Positions 28,192 through 38,042 are shown, numbered from the stretch's first letter. The stretch is DNA of 64,000 nucleotides from Candidatus Doudnabacteria bacterium (GCA_016788665.1 JAEUSF010000002.1:73387-137386), one strand, 5' to 3'. Notes: generated by a model from the letters alone, not told the origin. Program-made: numbers and translations.

Positions 28192-29616
28192 TTATTTTTT
28201 CACCAGCTCTACAACTTCTTTTATTTTATCTTCCAAAAGCTCCTTTGCATTGGCTTCCACATTTATACGAAGCAAACTTTCCGTATTGCTCTTTCTAACA
28301 TTAAACCGCCAATTTGGATAATTAAAACTTAAGCCGTCTATTTCTTCTATTTTAGAATCGCTGTACTTTTGCTTAAAAGCCGACAAGGCAGCAGCTAAAT
28401 TTGCCACTTTAAAATTCATTTCTTCTGAAATAAAAAACTTTTCCCTTAGAGTTTTTAAAATCTCCGAAAATTTTACACCTTCACCCGTGGAGGACAAAAT
28501 ATCCAGCACAATAAACAAGGGAAACAATCCGTTGTCCAAATAAAAAGTATCTTTAAAATAATAGTGTCCAGAAGTTTCGCTACCAAATACTGCACCTTCT
28601 TTTATCATTCTTTCTTTTATGAAACTATGACCAGCTTTTGTTTGGACTGGCACTCCCCCATTTTTCTCCACCATATAGTCTATAACCCTAACTACACGGG
28701 TATCGTGCACAATTTTTCCACCTGGAAACTTTTGTAAATAATACTCAGAAACTAAAGCATTCACATATGCCGGGGTGACAAAATCACCGTTTTCGTCAAA
28801 GAAAAAGCATCTATCTGCATCAGCATCCCACGCCACGCCCAAATCTGCCCCATGCTCTTTTAAAGCGGCAATTATTTCTGCTCTGTTTTCAGGTATAAGC
28901 GGATCCGGCCTGCCTAAAGGCAACGGGAAATTGCCGTCCAAACCTTCGTATACAACTTTTACGAAATTTGTTTTGGGAAAATATTTTTTTAAATATTCTA
29001 CCGACAAATTCCCCATGCCAAAATTCGTATTTGCAACTATTTTAAAGTTTTTAAACTTAGAAGTATCAAAATTGGAAATTACAAACTCAAAATACTCTTC
29101 CTTTATATCTTTCTGTATTACTGTCCCTGATTTGGAATTTGTTATTTGTAATTTGGAATTTGCATTTACCAAATCCCTGATTTGGTAAATGCCAGTATCT
29201 CCCGAAATAGGTTTACCTTTTTTCCCGACCAATTTTAAACCACCATACTCTTTTGGGTTATGACTAGCAGTAATTTGTATACCACCGTCTACGTCTAAAG
29301 TAGCGGCTGCATAGTAAAGCATATCGGTGGAAACCAAGCCCAAATCTACAACATTAACTCCAGCTTCTGTAAGACCCCGTATAACCGCCTCTGTAAACTC
29401 TTCTCCACTAAGCCTCATGTCGTGACCAACCACAATAGTTAATCCTTGATCCCCGCCTTGATCGACAGTTCGAGCTGGTTTAACCCTTGCTCCTTCACTC
29501 TCAGAAAGAAACTTAACATATGCCTGAGCAATTTTATAAACCACTTCAGTGTTAATTTGGCTCGGGTAAACTCCCCTTATGTCATAAGCTTTAAATATAG
29601 ATGTGTCGATATTCAT
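28192..29616 (-). CDS. Phosphoglucomutase/phosphomannomutase family (alpha-D-phosphohexomutase)
   Basis: Active-site loop TASHNPKEYGG, Mg-binding DADADR and sugar-binding GSETSGH motifs. Confidence 0.85.
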   Translation of the reverse strand: MNIDTSIFKAYDIRGVYPSQINTEVVYKIAQAYVKFLSESEGARVKPARTVDQGGDQGLTIVVGHDMRLSGEEFTEAVIRGLTEAGVNVVDLGLVSTDMLYYAAATLDVDGGIQITASHNPKEYGGLKLVGKKGKPISGDTGIYQIRDLVNANSKLQITNSKSGTVIQKDIKEEYFEFVISNFDTSKFKNFKIVANTNFGMGNLSVEYLKKYFPKTNFVKVVYEGLDGNFPLPLGRPDPLIPENRAEIIAALKEHGADLGVAWDADADRCFFFDENGDFVTPAYVNALVSEYYLQKFPGGKIVHDTRVVRVIDYMVEKNGGVPVQTKAGHSFIKERMIKEGAVFGSETSGHYYFKDTFYLDNGLFPLFIVLDILSSTGEGVKFSEILKTLREKFFISEEMNFKVANLAAALSAFKQKYSDSKIEEIDGLSFNYPNWRFNVRKSNTESLLRINVEANAKELLEDKIKEVVELVKK

Positions 29617-29716
29617 ATAAGATATTTTAGTATAAGTATTGTAACTTAAGCGTTAAAAATAAAAAAGACCTCGTTTTAAAAACAAGGTCAAAGAAAGAAA
29701 AGTCACATCTTCGTTA

Positions 29717-30022
29717 TTACCGACGACGCTCCCTCACCATTCTGTGGCGAATACTCCGAAAGCGATTGCGGGCGGCAAAGAGTTGTCCGACCGTTGTGAC
29801 TACGGTAAAGCACAACTGTCCGGTTACGAAGTTAATACCATAGCAGCCGCCCTGCAGGACTTCGACCCGGGTCGCTTTTTGTGCCAGACGATCAATAACC
29901 CGCTCGTCGGGTAAATCGTTAGGCACCTCGCTCATAAGCGCCGACACCCTCCTCAAGTCCCCCATAGCGACCGAGTCCAGATCCTTCTGTGTGGACCCCA
30001 AACACAATGTCTTGTGTATCAC
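29717..30022 (-). CDS. GC-rich hypothetical protein, Arg-rich C-terminus; start overlaps the stop of the upstream gene (ATGA)
   Basis: 101 aa, about 55% GC. No recognisable motif. Translationally coupled to 30019..30306. Confidence 0.4.
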   Translation of the reverse strand: MIHKTLCLGSTQKDLDSVAMGDLRRVSALMSEVPNDLPDERVIDRLAQKATRVEVLQGGCYGINFVTGQLCFTVVTTVGQLFAARNRFRSIRHRMVRERRR

Positions 30023-30342
30023 CCAAGCCTCCTTAAGTTGTAGCCCATAACACGAACTTCCAACTCGACCATACCACGCTTGCTGACCCGAACGTCAACT
30101 TCGCCTAAGGGAATATTCAAGCGGTTACTGGACGAACCACTCAGGGTCAGCGCCCCGCTCCTCAAGTCCTGTTGAAACGCATGGACCAAATCCATGCGCT
30201 CCTCCGCAGACAAGTCATCAACCTCACGCCTAGGTCGCGTCTTTTTCTTCCGTTGCACACAGCTCTTAGAGAGCACGACTTCCTGTTCGAAGCCAAAGAT
30301 CTGCATGATCCCTCCAAGGAACATGGTATAAAACAAAAACAT
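30019..30342 (-). CDS. GC-rich hypothetical basic protein (probable start 30306, MQIFGFEQE..., after GGAGGG RBS)
   Basis: About 95 aa. Own promoter TTGACA-17-TAAAAT (complement of 30341-30369). The preceding gene ends with an intrinsic terminator. Confidence 0.4.
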   Translation of the reverse strand: MFLFYTMFLGGIMQIFGFEQEVVLSKSCVQRKKKTRPRREVDDLSAEERMDLVHAFQQDLRSGALTLSGSSSNRLNIPLGEVDVRVSKRGMVELEVRVMGYNLRRLG

Positions 30343-30427
30343 TTTAATGAACTTTGTCTAAAATGTCAACACTAAATAAAAAAGCGGCAATTTTAACCGC
30401 TTAAGAAAATAAACTCTACTTAAAAAG

Positions 30428-30799
30428 CTAGTTTAAAGTGGCGTACCGAAAGCTGTATAAGGTGTCGACTACCACCACAGTCCTTTCGTCAACCCTGATC
30501 TTCACACAAATACCATCCGAATTACGACCCGGGCGCTCCTGAACCATCTGCGTTCTAAGAGGACGAAACATCCAATTGTTCTGGGCGGCGGACAACATCC
30601 ACCGGTACGCTTCCTCATCAGTCCGCGCCAGAGCCAAGGCAGCCTGCGTGCGCATAGCCTTTAACCACTCTTTAAAATCGGGGAGCTCTTTGGCAGCCCT
30701 CCCAACATCCAACTTTTCCAACTCCGCCGTCGTCATCAACCCTCCTCTAAGGAAATAAATATCAAAGCAAATACTACTCTTTTGGCAGAACAAGGTCAA
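30428..30799 (-). CDS. GC-rich hypothetical protein (probable start 30736, MTTAELEKLD..., after AGGAGGG RBS)
   Basis: About 102 aa. Promoter TTGACC-17-TAGTAT (complement of 30773-30801). Terminator hairpin AAGCGGTTAAAATTGCCGCTT plus T-run downstream. Confidence 0.4.
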   Translation of the reverse strand: MTLFCQKSSICFDIYFLRGGLMTTAELEKLDVGRAAKELPDFKEWLKAMRTQAALALARTDEEAYRWMLSAAQNNWMFRPLRTQMVQERPGRNSDGICVKIRVDERTVVVVDTLYSFRYATLN

Positions 30800-30973
30800 T
30801 AGCAGCCTATTGGCTAAAGTGCCAAAATAAAGTAAAATAAGCTACAGAATAATAACATAATACGGATCAACGGATTTTAATACCGATGATACTAATAATA
30901 CAGATGTGCGAGCATCTGCAACCGTTAGCATTATCTGAATCATCCGCATATATCTGTATATCGGCATCACATT

Positions 30974-32071
30974 ATGTCTTTTAAAATCGGGATCGTAGGT
31001 CTGCCAAACGTAGGCAAGTCCACACTTTTTAACGCAATTACCAAAAGCAAAGTCGAAGCAGCCAATTACCCGTTTGCCACCATAGACCCAAACGTGGGCG
31101 TTGTTGCCGTGCCCGACGAACGTCTAGCTAAATTAGCCGAACTGGAAAACAGTGAAAAAGTTGTACCAACAACCATTGAATTTGTGGACATTGCAGGGCT
31201 TGTAGCGGGCGCTCATAAAGGCGAAGGCTTGGGTAACCAATTCTTATCGCATATTCGTGAAGTAGACGCCATTATGGAGGTAGTTAGATTTTTTGAAAGC
31301 AAAGATATTATTCATGTTAACGGCAACGTAGACCCAAAAAGAGACATAGAAACCATTGCCATAGAACTTCAGCTAGCTGACTTACAAAACGTAGACAAGC
31401 GCTTGGAAACTATTGCCCGGCAAGTTAAGTCGGGTGAACGTGAGGCAATTGTAAAAAAAGGTGTACTAGAGAAATACAAAACAGCGCTTGAAGCCGGGCA
31501 TATGGCAAGCACGGTAACACTTACCGAAGACGAAAAAGAAAACTCCAAAGACATACAACTGCTCACGCTTAAACCCATGCTTTTTGTTTCCAACCAAGCT
31601 TTTGATTTAACGAAAAAAGAATTTCAAATTTCACCTGCCCGATCTGATCATTCAGGCGAGAATTTCAAATTGCCAGACTCAATTACAATAGATGCGCAGT
31701 TGGAATCTGAGCTGGCCGAACTAGAAGATGCCGATAGAGTGCAATATTTACAAGAGTTAGGACTTACTGAGTCAGGATTAGACAAAATTATAAAAACTGC
31801 ATACAAAACCTTGGGCCTAATAACTTTTATAACGGCAGGACCAAAAGAAAGTAAAGCCTGGACAGTAAAGCAAGGCAGCAAAGCTCCCCAAGCTGCAGGC
31901 AAAATTCACACAGACTTTGAAAAAGGTTTTATACGCGCCGAAGTTATTCAGTGGGACAAACTTTTAGAAGCCAAAGGCTATACAGGCGCCCGCGAAAAAG
32001 GCTGGCTTCGAGTAGAAGGCAAAGAATATATAATCTGTGATGGTGATGTAGTGCATTTTAGGTTTGCATAA
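30974..32071 (+). CDS. ychF: Ribosome-binding ATPase YchF (Obg-family GTPase)
   Basis: GIVGLPNVGKSTLFNA P-loop, G-domain motifs, and a C-terminal TGS domain with the typical YchF ending. Confidence 0.95.
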   Translation: MSFKIGIVGLPNVGKSTLFNAITKSKVEAANYPFATIDPNVGVVAVPDERLAKLAELENSEKVVPTTIEFVDIAGLVAGAHKGEGLGNQFLSHIREVDAIMEVVRFFESKDIIHVNGNVDPKRDIETIAIELQLADLQNVDKRLETIARQVKSGEREAIVKKGVLEKYKTALEAGHMASTVTLTEDEKENSKDIQLLTLKPMLFVSNQAFDLTKKEFQISPARSDHSGENFKLPDSITIDAQLESELAELEDADRVQYLQELGLTESGLDKIIKTAYKTLGLITFITAGPKESKAWTVKQGSKAPQAAGKIHTDFEKGFIRAEVIQWDKLLEAKGYTGAREKGWLRVEGKEYIICDGDVVHFRFA

Positions 32072-32167
32072 ATTGCTCAAATAAACGCAGACAGCTAAGC
32101 AGAAATAACGCTGAAAATAAAATACCCTGTCCAATTTGTTTCGGACAGGGTTTTACGTTTTGCTTAC

Positions 32168-32722
32168 CTAATACGGCACAACCGCGAACATGCAGCTGGG
32201 CCGAAATTTCTCGTAGACGCTTTTAAGTCGAAGCTTCTTCAAGCCCTCGTTCCCGCTCTCCTCGGTGGTCTCGGTGGTATACCCGTCCAGGTACGGATAA
32301 TACACTCCGTGGTTTTTGATAACTATCTTGTCTAGTGCCGCGACCGAACCAGATGGGGGTGCATGTCCGGACCGAGCCAGCGCCAACAACTCGTAGACTG
32401 TCGCCGGCCTGTACCGAACCTTTTCGAACTTTTCCAGCAAAGTCTCTGCGGGAAGCTCTAATCCTAGCCTCACCACCACAATCTTTACTTGGTAAGACTT
32501 AGGCGGCGGTGAGGAGAAAAGAACACCCGGAAAAGTCAAAAACCTATTATACTCGTTCAATCCCACCTCGTTCACCTGCTCCAAGAGTGGGCGGGCGAAG
32601 ACCTGAACCTCGGTCTCCAAAATAAGCCCAGCCGACTCTGCGGCATATGGCTTTTCGTACTTGCCGCAGGAAGCCAAAAAAATCAACATCAATACGCCCA
32701 ACATCTGCAAAAACATTGTCAC
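32168..32722 (-). CDS. GC-rich putative lipoprotein, unknown function
   Basis: Signal peptide with lipobox LASC. 184 aa, about 55% GC. -35 TTGACT (complement of 32778-32783) and AAGGAG RBS. Bidirectional terminator at 32117-32160. Confidence 0.45.
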   Translation of the reverse strand: MTMFLQMLGVLMLIFLASCGKYEKPYAAESAGLILETEVQVFARPLLEQVNEVGLNEYNRFLTFPGVLFSSPPPKSYQVKIVVVRLGLELPAETLLEKFEKVRYRPATVYELLALARSGHAPPSGSVAALDKIVIKNHGVYYPYLDGYTTETTEESGNEGLKKLRLKSVYEKFRPSCMFAVVPY

Positions 32723-32927
32723 TCCTTACCTTATACGACCAACAGATTTGCTAAATCATGCCAAAAAACTGCTCAAAAGTCAATACATACTATCTAGACA
32801 GAATGCCCAATAAATGCTAGAATTTAACAAATTAATCATATTCCTTGCCTATTTTACAGGTAAGGATAGAAAGCCCTATACCAGTCATTCTAAAGAATTT
32901 CCGATATAGGACGAAAGGAATCTTTCT

Positions 32928-33419
32928 ATGCCAAAGTATGAACTTATGTACCTTTTGGGCAGTACAGTTGCGGACACTGAAGTCCCCGCTGTCACCCAAA
33001 GAGTCTTAAAGCATATTGAGGACTTCGGTGGTTCTGAAGTTTCAGAACAGCAGTTAGGTAAGAAAAAATTAGCCTACCCTATTAAAAAAACCCGCAACGG
33101 ATTTTATGTTGTGGTGAATTTTGATATTGAAGCTAACAAAGTCAACGAGCTTGACGCCCGTATTCGCACCCAAGAACACGAAATAATCCGTTACATCTTG
33201 GTAAACCAAGATGAGCATTTACGAAGGCTAAGCCGGGACAAAGTAGCGCAGGCAAAGCTTACCCAAAAGCCGGAAGTTACCGAGGAAGTCGTCGCCAAAG
33301 CAGCGCCAATAGAAAAGGTAGCTAAAGAAGAAAAGCCAAGCATAAAAATTGAAGAAATAGACGATGCGGCTTTAGACAAGAAAATAGAAGAAGCTTTGAC
33401 AGAAGACCTGACAAAATAA
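32928..33419 (+). CDS. rpsF: 30S ribosomal protein S6 with a Lys/Glu-rich C-terminal extension
   Basis: MPKYELMYLL... is the S6 fold region. Operon with ssb and rpsR. Confidence 0.9.
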   Translation: MPKYELMYLLGSTVADTEVPAVTQRVLKHIEDFGGSEVSEQQLGKKKLAYPIKKTRNGFYVVVNFDIEANKVNELDARIRTQEHEIIRYILVNQDEHLRRLSRDKVAQAKLTQKPEVTEEVVAKAAPIEKVAKEEKPSIKIEEIDDAALDKKIEEALTEDLTK

Positions 33420-33502
33420 ATGCAAAATATAGAATGCTGAATGCAAAATTTCTGCATTTACATTCTGAATTCTAAATTCTTAATTCTGCATTCAACAATC
33501 TT

Positions 33503-33997
33503 ATGGATTTAAACAAAGTCATGATAATTGGCCGCTTAACACGCGACCCGGAACTCAGGACCATACCTTCCGGTGCCAATGTTTGCCAAATTGGTATTGC
33601 TACTGGTTATGCTTATACAAACCAGCAAACCGGACAAAAAGTAGAAAGCACCGAATTTCACAACGTAGTCTTATGGAGAAAGCTTGGAGAAATTGCGGCT
33701 CAATACCTAAAAAAGGGCGCTCGAGTTTACATAGAAGGCAGACTCCAAACACGCTCTTGGGACGGACAAGACGGCCAAAAGCGCTATAGAACAGAAATTA
33801 TAGCCGAAAACATGATAATGCTAGGCGACAATCCAAACCGAGGCTCCAGTCCAAACTTCTCTAGCCCCGGCTTCAGCCCAGCACCAGCAAAGCCAGCGCC
33901 TAGCCAAAACCAAACCCCTCCCCCGCCTCAAGAAGAACTTCCAACCATAGACCAGTCTATGGACGAAGGCGTAAGAGTGGAAGACATACCGTTTTAA
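33503..33997 (+). CDS. ssb: Single-stranded DNA-binding protein
   Basis: OB-fold N-terminal domain, Gly/Pro/Gln-rich tail and a C-terminal acidic tip ending DIPF. Confidence 0.95.
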   Translation: MDLNKVMIIGRLTRDPELRTIPSGANVCQIGIATGYAYTNQQTGQKVESTEFHNVVLWRKLGEIAAQYLKKGARVYIEGRLQTRSWDGQDGQKRYRTEIIAENMIMLGDNPNRGSSPNFSSPGFSPAPAKPAPSQNQTPPPPQEELPTIDQSMDEGVRVEDIPF

Positions 33998-34092
33998 ATC
34001 AAAATGCAAAAATTAAAATGAAAAATTATAAAGCCTCGCCGAGCGAAACAACTATAATTTTACACTTTTATATTTAAACTTTTAACTATTTT

Positions 34093-34335
34093 ATGAGACC
34101 TAATTACAACAATAACAACACTCAACCCCAGGTCAAAAAACAGTGCTACTTTTGTTCCAACAAAATGACCACCGTTGACTACAAGGACACCCAGACCCTG
34201 CGCCGGTTTATGACCCCACATGCCAAAATCATGTCCCATAACCGCACAGGCACCTGCCCTAAACACCAGCGCATGGTAACCTTGGCTTTAAAGCGAGCCA
34301 GACATATGGCCCTATTGCCATTTGTTTCCGCATAA
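34093..34335 (+). CDS. rpsR: 30S ribosomal protein S18
   Basis: CYFCSNK...DYKD..LRRFM...I......GTC.KHQR.V..A.KRAR is the S18 signature. Confidence 0.9.
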   Translation: MRPNYNNNNTQPQVKKQCYFCSNKMTTVDYKDTQTLRRFMTPHAKIMSHNRTGTCPKHQRMVTLALKRARHMALLPFVSA

Positions 34336-34438
34336 ACCCAAACACTGGTAAAAAAACACCAAATAACAAATACCAAATCTCAAAAAAGAGATCTTCAGGC
34401 TATTTGAAATTTGTAATTTTAATTTCGAATTTACACCT

Positions 34439-34999
34439 ATGGACATTTCAGATCTAAAACTCGGCACGATTCTTATGTACAATAATGAACCGTGGCAAAT
34501 AATTTGGTCAAACCGCATGCGCACAGCTCAAAGAAAACCGGTCATGCAAACCAAATTAAAAAATATAATCACAGGGAAAGTAATTGAATACTCTTTCAAG
34601 TTCGGTGAAAAAGTGGAAGAAGCAGACGTAACCCGAGAAAAAGCCAGTTTTCTATACGCAGACACCGACGGCACTCACTTCATGAACCAGGAATCCTTTG
34701 AAACAGTAGACATGCCGCTTGATGTAACCGAAGACCAAATACAGTTCTTAAAAGAAGGCTTTGAAGTTCAAATAGTGCGCTTCAATAACAAACCGGTTTC
34801 AGTCGAACTACCAATTAAAGTGCCTTTAAAAGTCGTAGAAGCTCCACCAGACACCAAGGGCAACAGTGGCGGTAATGTTACTAAACCGGTAAAACTGGAA
34901 ACTGGCCTTACTGTTGACGTACCTATGTTTATCAAAGAAGGCGAAACTATTAGAATAGACACCCGCACGGGCGAATATATTGAACGGGTTACAAGCTAA
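34439..34999 (+). CDS. efp: Elongation factor P
   Basis: 186 aa with three OB-like domains and a C-terminal GEYIERV-type ending. Confidence 0.85.
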   Translation: MDISDLKLGTILMYNNEPWQIIWSNRMRTAQRKPVMQTKLKNIITGKVIEYSFKFGEKVEEADVTREKASFLYADTDGTHFMNQESFETVDMPLDVTEDQIQFLKEGFEVQIVRFNNKPVSVELPIKVPLKVVEAPPDTKGNSGGNVTKPVKLETGLTVDVPMFIKEGETIRIDTRTGEYIERVTS

Positions 35000-35089
35000 A
35001 ACTCCAAATCAAGTTAATAAAAAATCACCATACGCACTAACTGTCCCCTGCTAAAAAAGGACCGGGTGGCTAAATGGTGATTTTTTATT

Positions 35090-35893
35090 TTATATTTCTA
35101 TTTCTACCACTTGCGGCGTATGGTCTGAAACCTCTTTTTGAGAGTGGTTTTTCAATAAAAGTTTCAAGTCAGGTGAAATAAATACCAAGTCCACTACCGC
35201 ACATGCGTAGGTTGTGGCCTTGTCTTTGTAATTCATATTGAAAGAAGTAACTCTTTCATCACGAAACACATTCACGAGTCTCTCTTCCAGCAAAGCAACA
35301 CTCTTTGTTCTTTGAGGTTTTTTTAAGTCCGGCTTACCGCCCACTTCTGGGTAAATATTTTCGTTTAAATTAAAATCACCAGATAGAACCGTTAATTCAT
35401 TTTCGGGTGGCAAGTTATTTAAAATTGTCCTAACCATCTCAAGTCTTCTTTCGGTATCACGGCCGTGCGTACCCCATATCCCATGCACATTAAAAATCTG
35501 CAAAATTTTATTGCTTGGAAGTTGAATACTTACTTGCAACATTCCTCTTGGAAACTCTTCGTAGCCACCGTTTTTATTCCACTCAACAAAAGACCTGTCA
35601 AACCAAATTTCTTTACTTGCCTGTATTGGGAACTTAGAAAGAACCATGTTTCCAAAAAAAGCAGGGTACTCCAAAGTCATTTCCTTTACCAATGGAAAGT
35701 AAGCATAGTACTTATAACCCAACTCTTTTAGCAAAGTTTCCTTCAAACGAAACCTTGCCGGGGCATTTAAATATTCCGTGTCTAAAACCTCCTGCAAACT
35801 TACAATATCAGCGTCCTGCTCTTTTAAAAACTCCAAAGCCGGCTTCAACAAATTACCCATCCAAATATTTAAATTTAAATACTTAATGTTCAT
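35090..35893 (-). CDS. Endonuclease/exonuclease/phosphatase (EEP) family protein
   Basis: N-terminal LNIWMG...DADIVSLQEV motif and the catalytic His/Asp pattern of the EEP fold. Confidence 0.75.
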   Translation of the reverse strand: MNIKYLNLNIWMGNLLKPALEFLKEQDADIVSLQEVLDTEYLNAPARFRLKETLLKELGYKYYAYFPLVKEMTLEYPAFFGNMVLSKFPIQASKEIWFDRSFVEWNKNGGYEEFPRGMLQVSIQLPSNKILQIFNVHGIWGTHGRDTERRLEMVRTILNNLPPENELTVLSGDFNLNENIYPEVGGKPDLKKPQRTKSVALLEERLVNVFRDERVTSFNMNYKDKATTYACAVVDLVFISPDLKLLLKNHSQKEVSDHTPQVVEIEI

Positions 35894-35963
35894 TTTAAAA
35901 TTATAAATTAAAATTTACTTATTTAAAAGGACGGCCTATGTGGCCGCCCTTTTAACACGCACT

Positions 35964-38042
35964 TTAATTCAGCCTAGAATCACTCCAGGACATTGGAGCT
36001 AAAATTGGTTTTTGAAAATCGTAAATATTTGCCGGAACAACCAAGCTGGAAGAACCCCTGTTGTTCAAAAATATTTCCCAAGACGGTACCGGCACCAAGC
36101 CCTGCTCATGAACAAAATATATTGTACTACCACTCTGCACCCAACTTCCCCACGGGTGTGAAGTATTTAAGTTGTTTATAATATAACCCGTACTAGGAAT
36201 ATTGTTATAGCCCACATTCAATACATTAGAGAATTTAAACCCAAACCCTGTAAAAATATGTGCCGAGGCAAAACCACTCTTTTGACCTCTATAAACAATA
36301 TATACTGTACCATTTTCAGAAATAAGCTGACCATTTGGATAAGTAGAAGAACCTAATACTCCACCATTTCCGCTTATTGTAAAGCTTGCTGTGGCGTTCC
36401 TGCCATAATTATCGCTCACCCTAACCTGAAAACTCGAGGACTGCGCATTTTGTGCAATGCCGGAAATAAATCCGCTTTGAGACAAAGACAACCCAACAGG
36501 CAACTGACCACTAACTACATAAAAATTATATGGTGCCGTACCGCCGTAAGCTTGCATCTGATAGCTATAGTACTGCCCCAAAGTTATAACAGGCAAAGTT
36601 GTATTGGAAAAGTTTAAAGTACCAGTATTGCCAGATCCAGAAACATTAACCATAACGGTTCCGCAAGCATAAGGACTATTTTGACACACTATTATAGCTG
36701 TATTTCCCTGCGTATTTCCGTAAACATACAAATTGCCGGCCGACAAGGATACCGATGCTACATAAGCGCTGCTATTAGATGATATATAGTAACTACCGTT
36801 GCCATAAATAGAAATATTTGCACTTTGCCCGGACGAAAGAGTTATATTGTTTTGGCTAAATGTTAAATTCTGTCCCCAACCCCCTCCGCTCACAGTTAAG
36901 TTAAGAGTTCCGCAAGTTGAGACGTTAGATGACTGGCATACTACCAGACTAGTAGAGCCCTGATTGTATGCCGTAACAGTAAGTTGATTGCCAGTTATAC
37001 TAACCGCCGCAATATATGAATTACTTCCACTGGAAATATAGTAACTTCCTGTGTAATTCTGAGAACCATAAATATAAACTGTAGTGCTCTGCCCGGCATT
37101 CATATTTAAACTACTTGGACTGAACCAAATATTACCGGAGTTAGAAGCGTTCACACTTACAAGCAAAGTTGCGCATGCATTGTTGTTATATTGGCAAACT
37201 ACCACATTTGCGCTGCCATTTCCTACTCCTCTTAAACTTAAAACATTCCCTGAAACCGTGGCCGAAACTACGTTATAATTGGAGTTTGAGGAAATATAGA
37301 ATGCCCCGCTATTTTGGTTATTGCTGTAAATGTTTATAGTGGAATTCTGATCCTGATTCAAATTTACTGTACTTTGACTAAACCACAAATTCCCATTTCC
37401 TTGCCCCGCATTTACCACAACATATATTGTATTACAAGAACCAGAAGTGTTATGACAAACATTTATAGTAGAACTACCGCTTTGACTGCCATACAAATTT
37501 AAAATTGATCCGGATACTGAAGCAGTAACAACCGAAGGATTACTGTTAGAAGAAATGTAATAAGAGGTGTTGTACCCATAGCCACTGCTACTTATAGAAA
37601 CCGCCAAACTTTGACCCACATTTAAAGTAGGATTTTGAGGACTAAACCATAAATTGCCCGAATTTCCGCAACCATAAAGACAACTGCCGACGCCTACAGA
37701 CACAGTATCAGAAGACTGGCTATTTACAGTCACATAAAACTGTTCCATACCCGAACCCAAATAAGTCGTAATATTCAAGCTGCCGTTATAGTCCGTCTGC
37801 CCTATTGGGTCAACAACAGTTGACCATAAGTTACTATTTTGAGCCTTAGCATACAACACAACCCTAGAATTAGAGTCACCATTACTAACAAAAACCTTAT
37901 AACTACCATAACCACCTTCTTGACTAACACTTAAAGAAGGCTTGCGACCGTAATTATAATACTGAGCGGAAGCTTCTGTCATTAAACCCATAGCCAGAAA
38001 ACAAACCGCGACCACACCTCCCAAAATTTTAATTGTTTTCAT
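35964..38042 (-). CDS. Secreted protein with about six tandem Big_2-like (bacterial Ig-like) repeats and a C-terminal domain
   Basis: Signal peptide at the N-terminus. About 80-aa repeats of the form NLWFSxxxxxLNxGQS..V.IxxS...YYISSNSN..VxxxSVSGN.L...G...GS..xxVC. The DNA-level tandem repeats span about 36200-37700. Confidence 0.6.
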   Translation of the reverse strand: MKTIKILGGVVAVCFLAMGLMTEASAQYYNYGRKPSLSVSQEGGYGSYKVFVSNGDSNSRVVLYAKAQNSNLWSTVVDPIGQTDYNGSLNITTYLGSGMEQFYVTVNSQSSDTVSVGVGSCLYGCGNSGNLWFSPQNPTLNVGQSLAVSISSSGYGYNTSYYISSNSNPSVVTASVSGSILNLYGSQSGSSTINVCHNTSGSCNTIYVVVNAGQGNGNLWFSQSTVNLNQDQNSTINIYSNNQNSGAFYISSNSNYNVVSATVSGNVLSLRGVGNGSANVVVCQYNNNACATLLVSVNASNSGNIWFSPSSLNMNAGQSTTVYIYGSQNYTGSYYISSGSNSYIAAVSITGNQLTVTAYNQGSTSLVVCQSSNVSTCGTLNLTVSGGGWGQNLTFSQNNITLSSGQSANISIYGNGSYYISSNSSAYVASVSLSAGNLYVYGNTQGNTAIIVCQNSPYACGTVMVNVSGSGNTGTLNFSNTTLPVITLGQYYSYQMQAYGGTAPYNFYVVSGQLPVGLSLSQSGFISGIAQNAQSSSFQVRVSDNYGRNATASFTISGNGGVLGSSTYPNGQLISENGTVYIVYRGQKSGFASAHIFTGFGFKFSNVLNVGYNNIPSTGYIINNLNTSHPWGSWVQSGSTIYFVHEQGLVPVPSWEIFLNNRGSSSLVVPANIYDFQKPILAPMSWSDSRLN

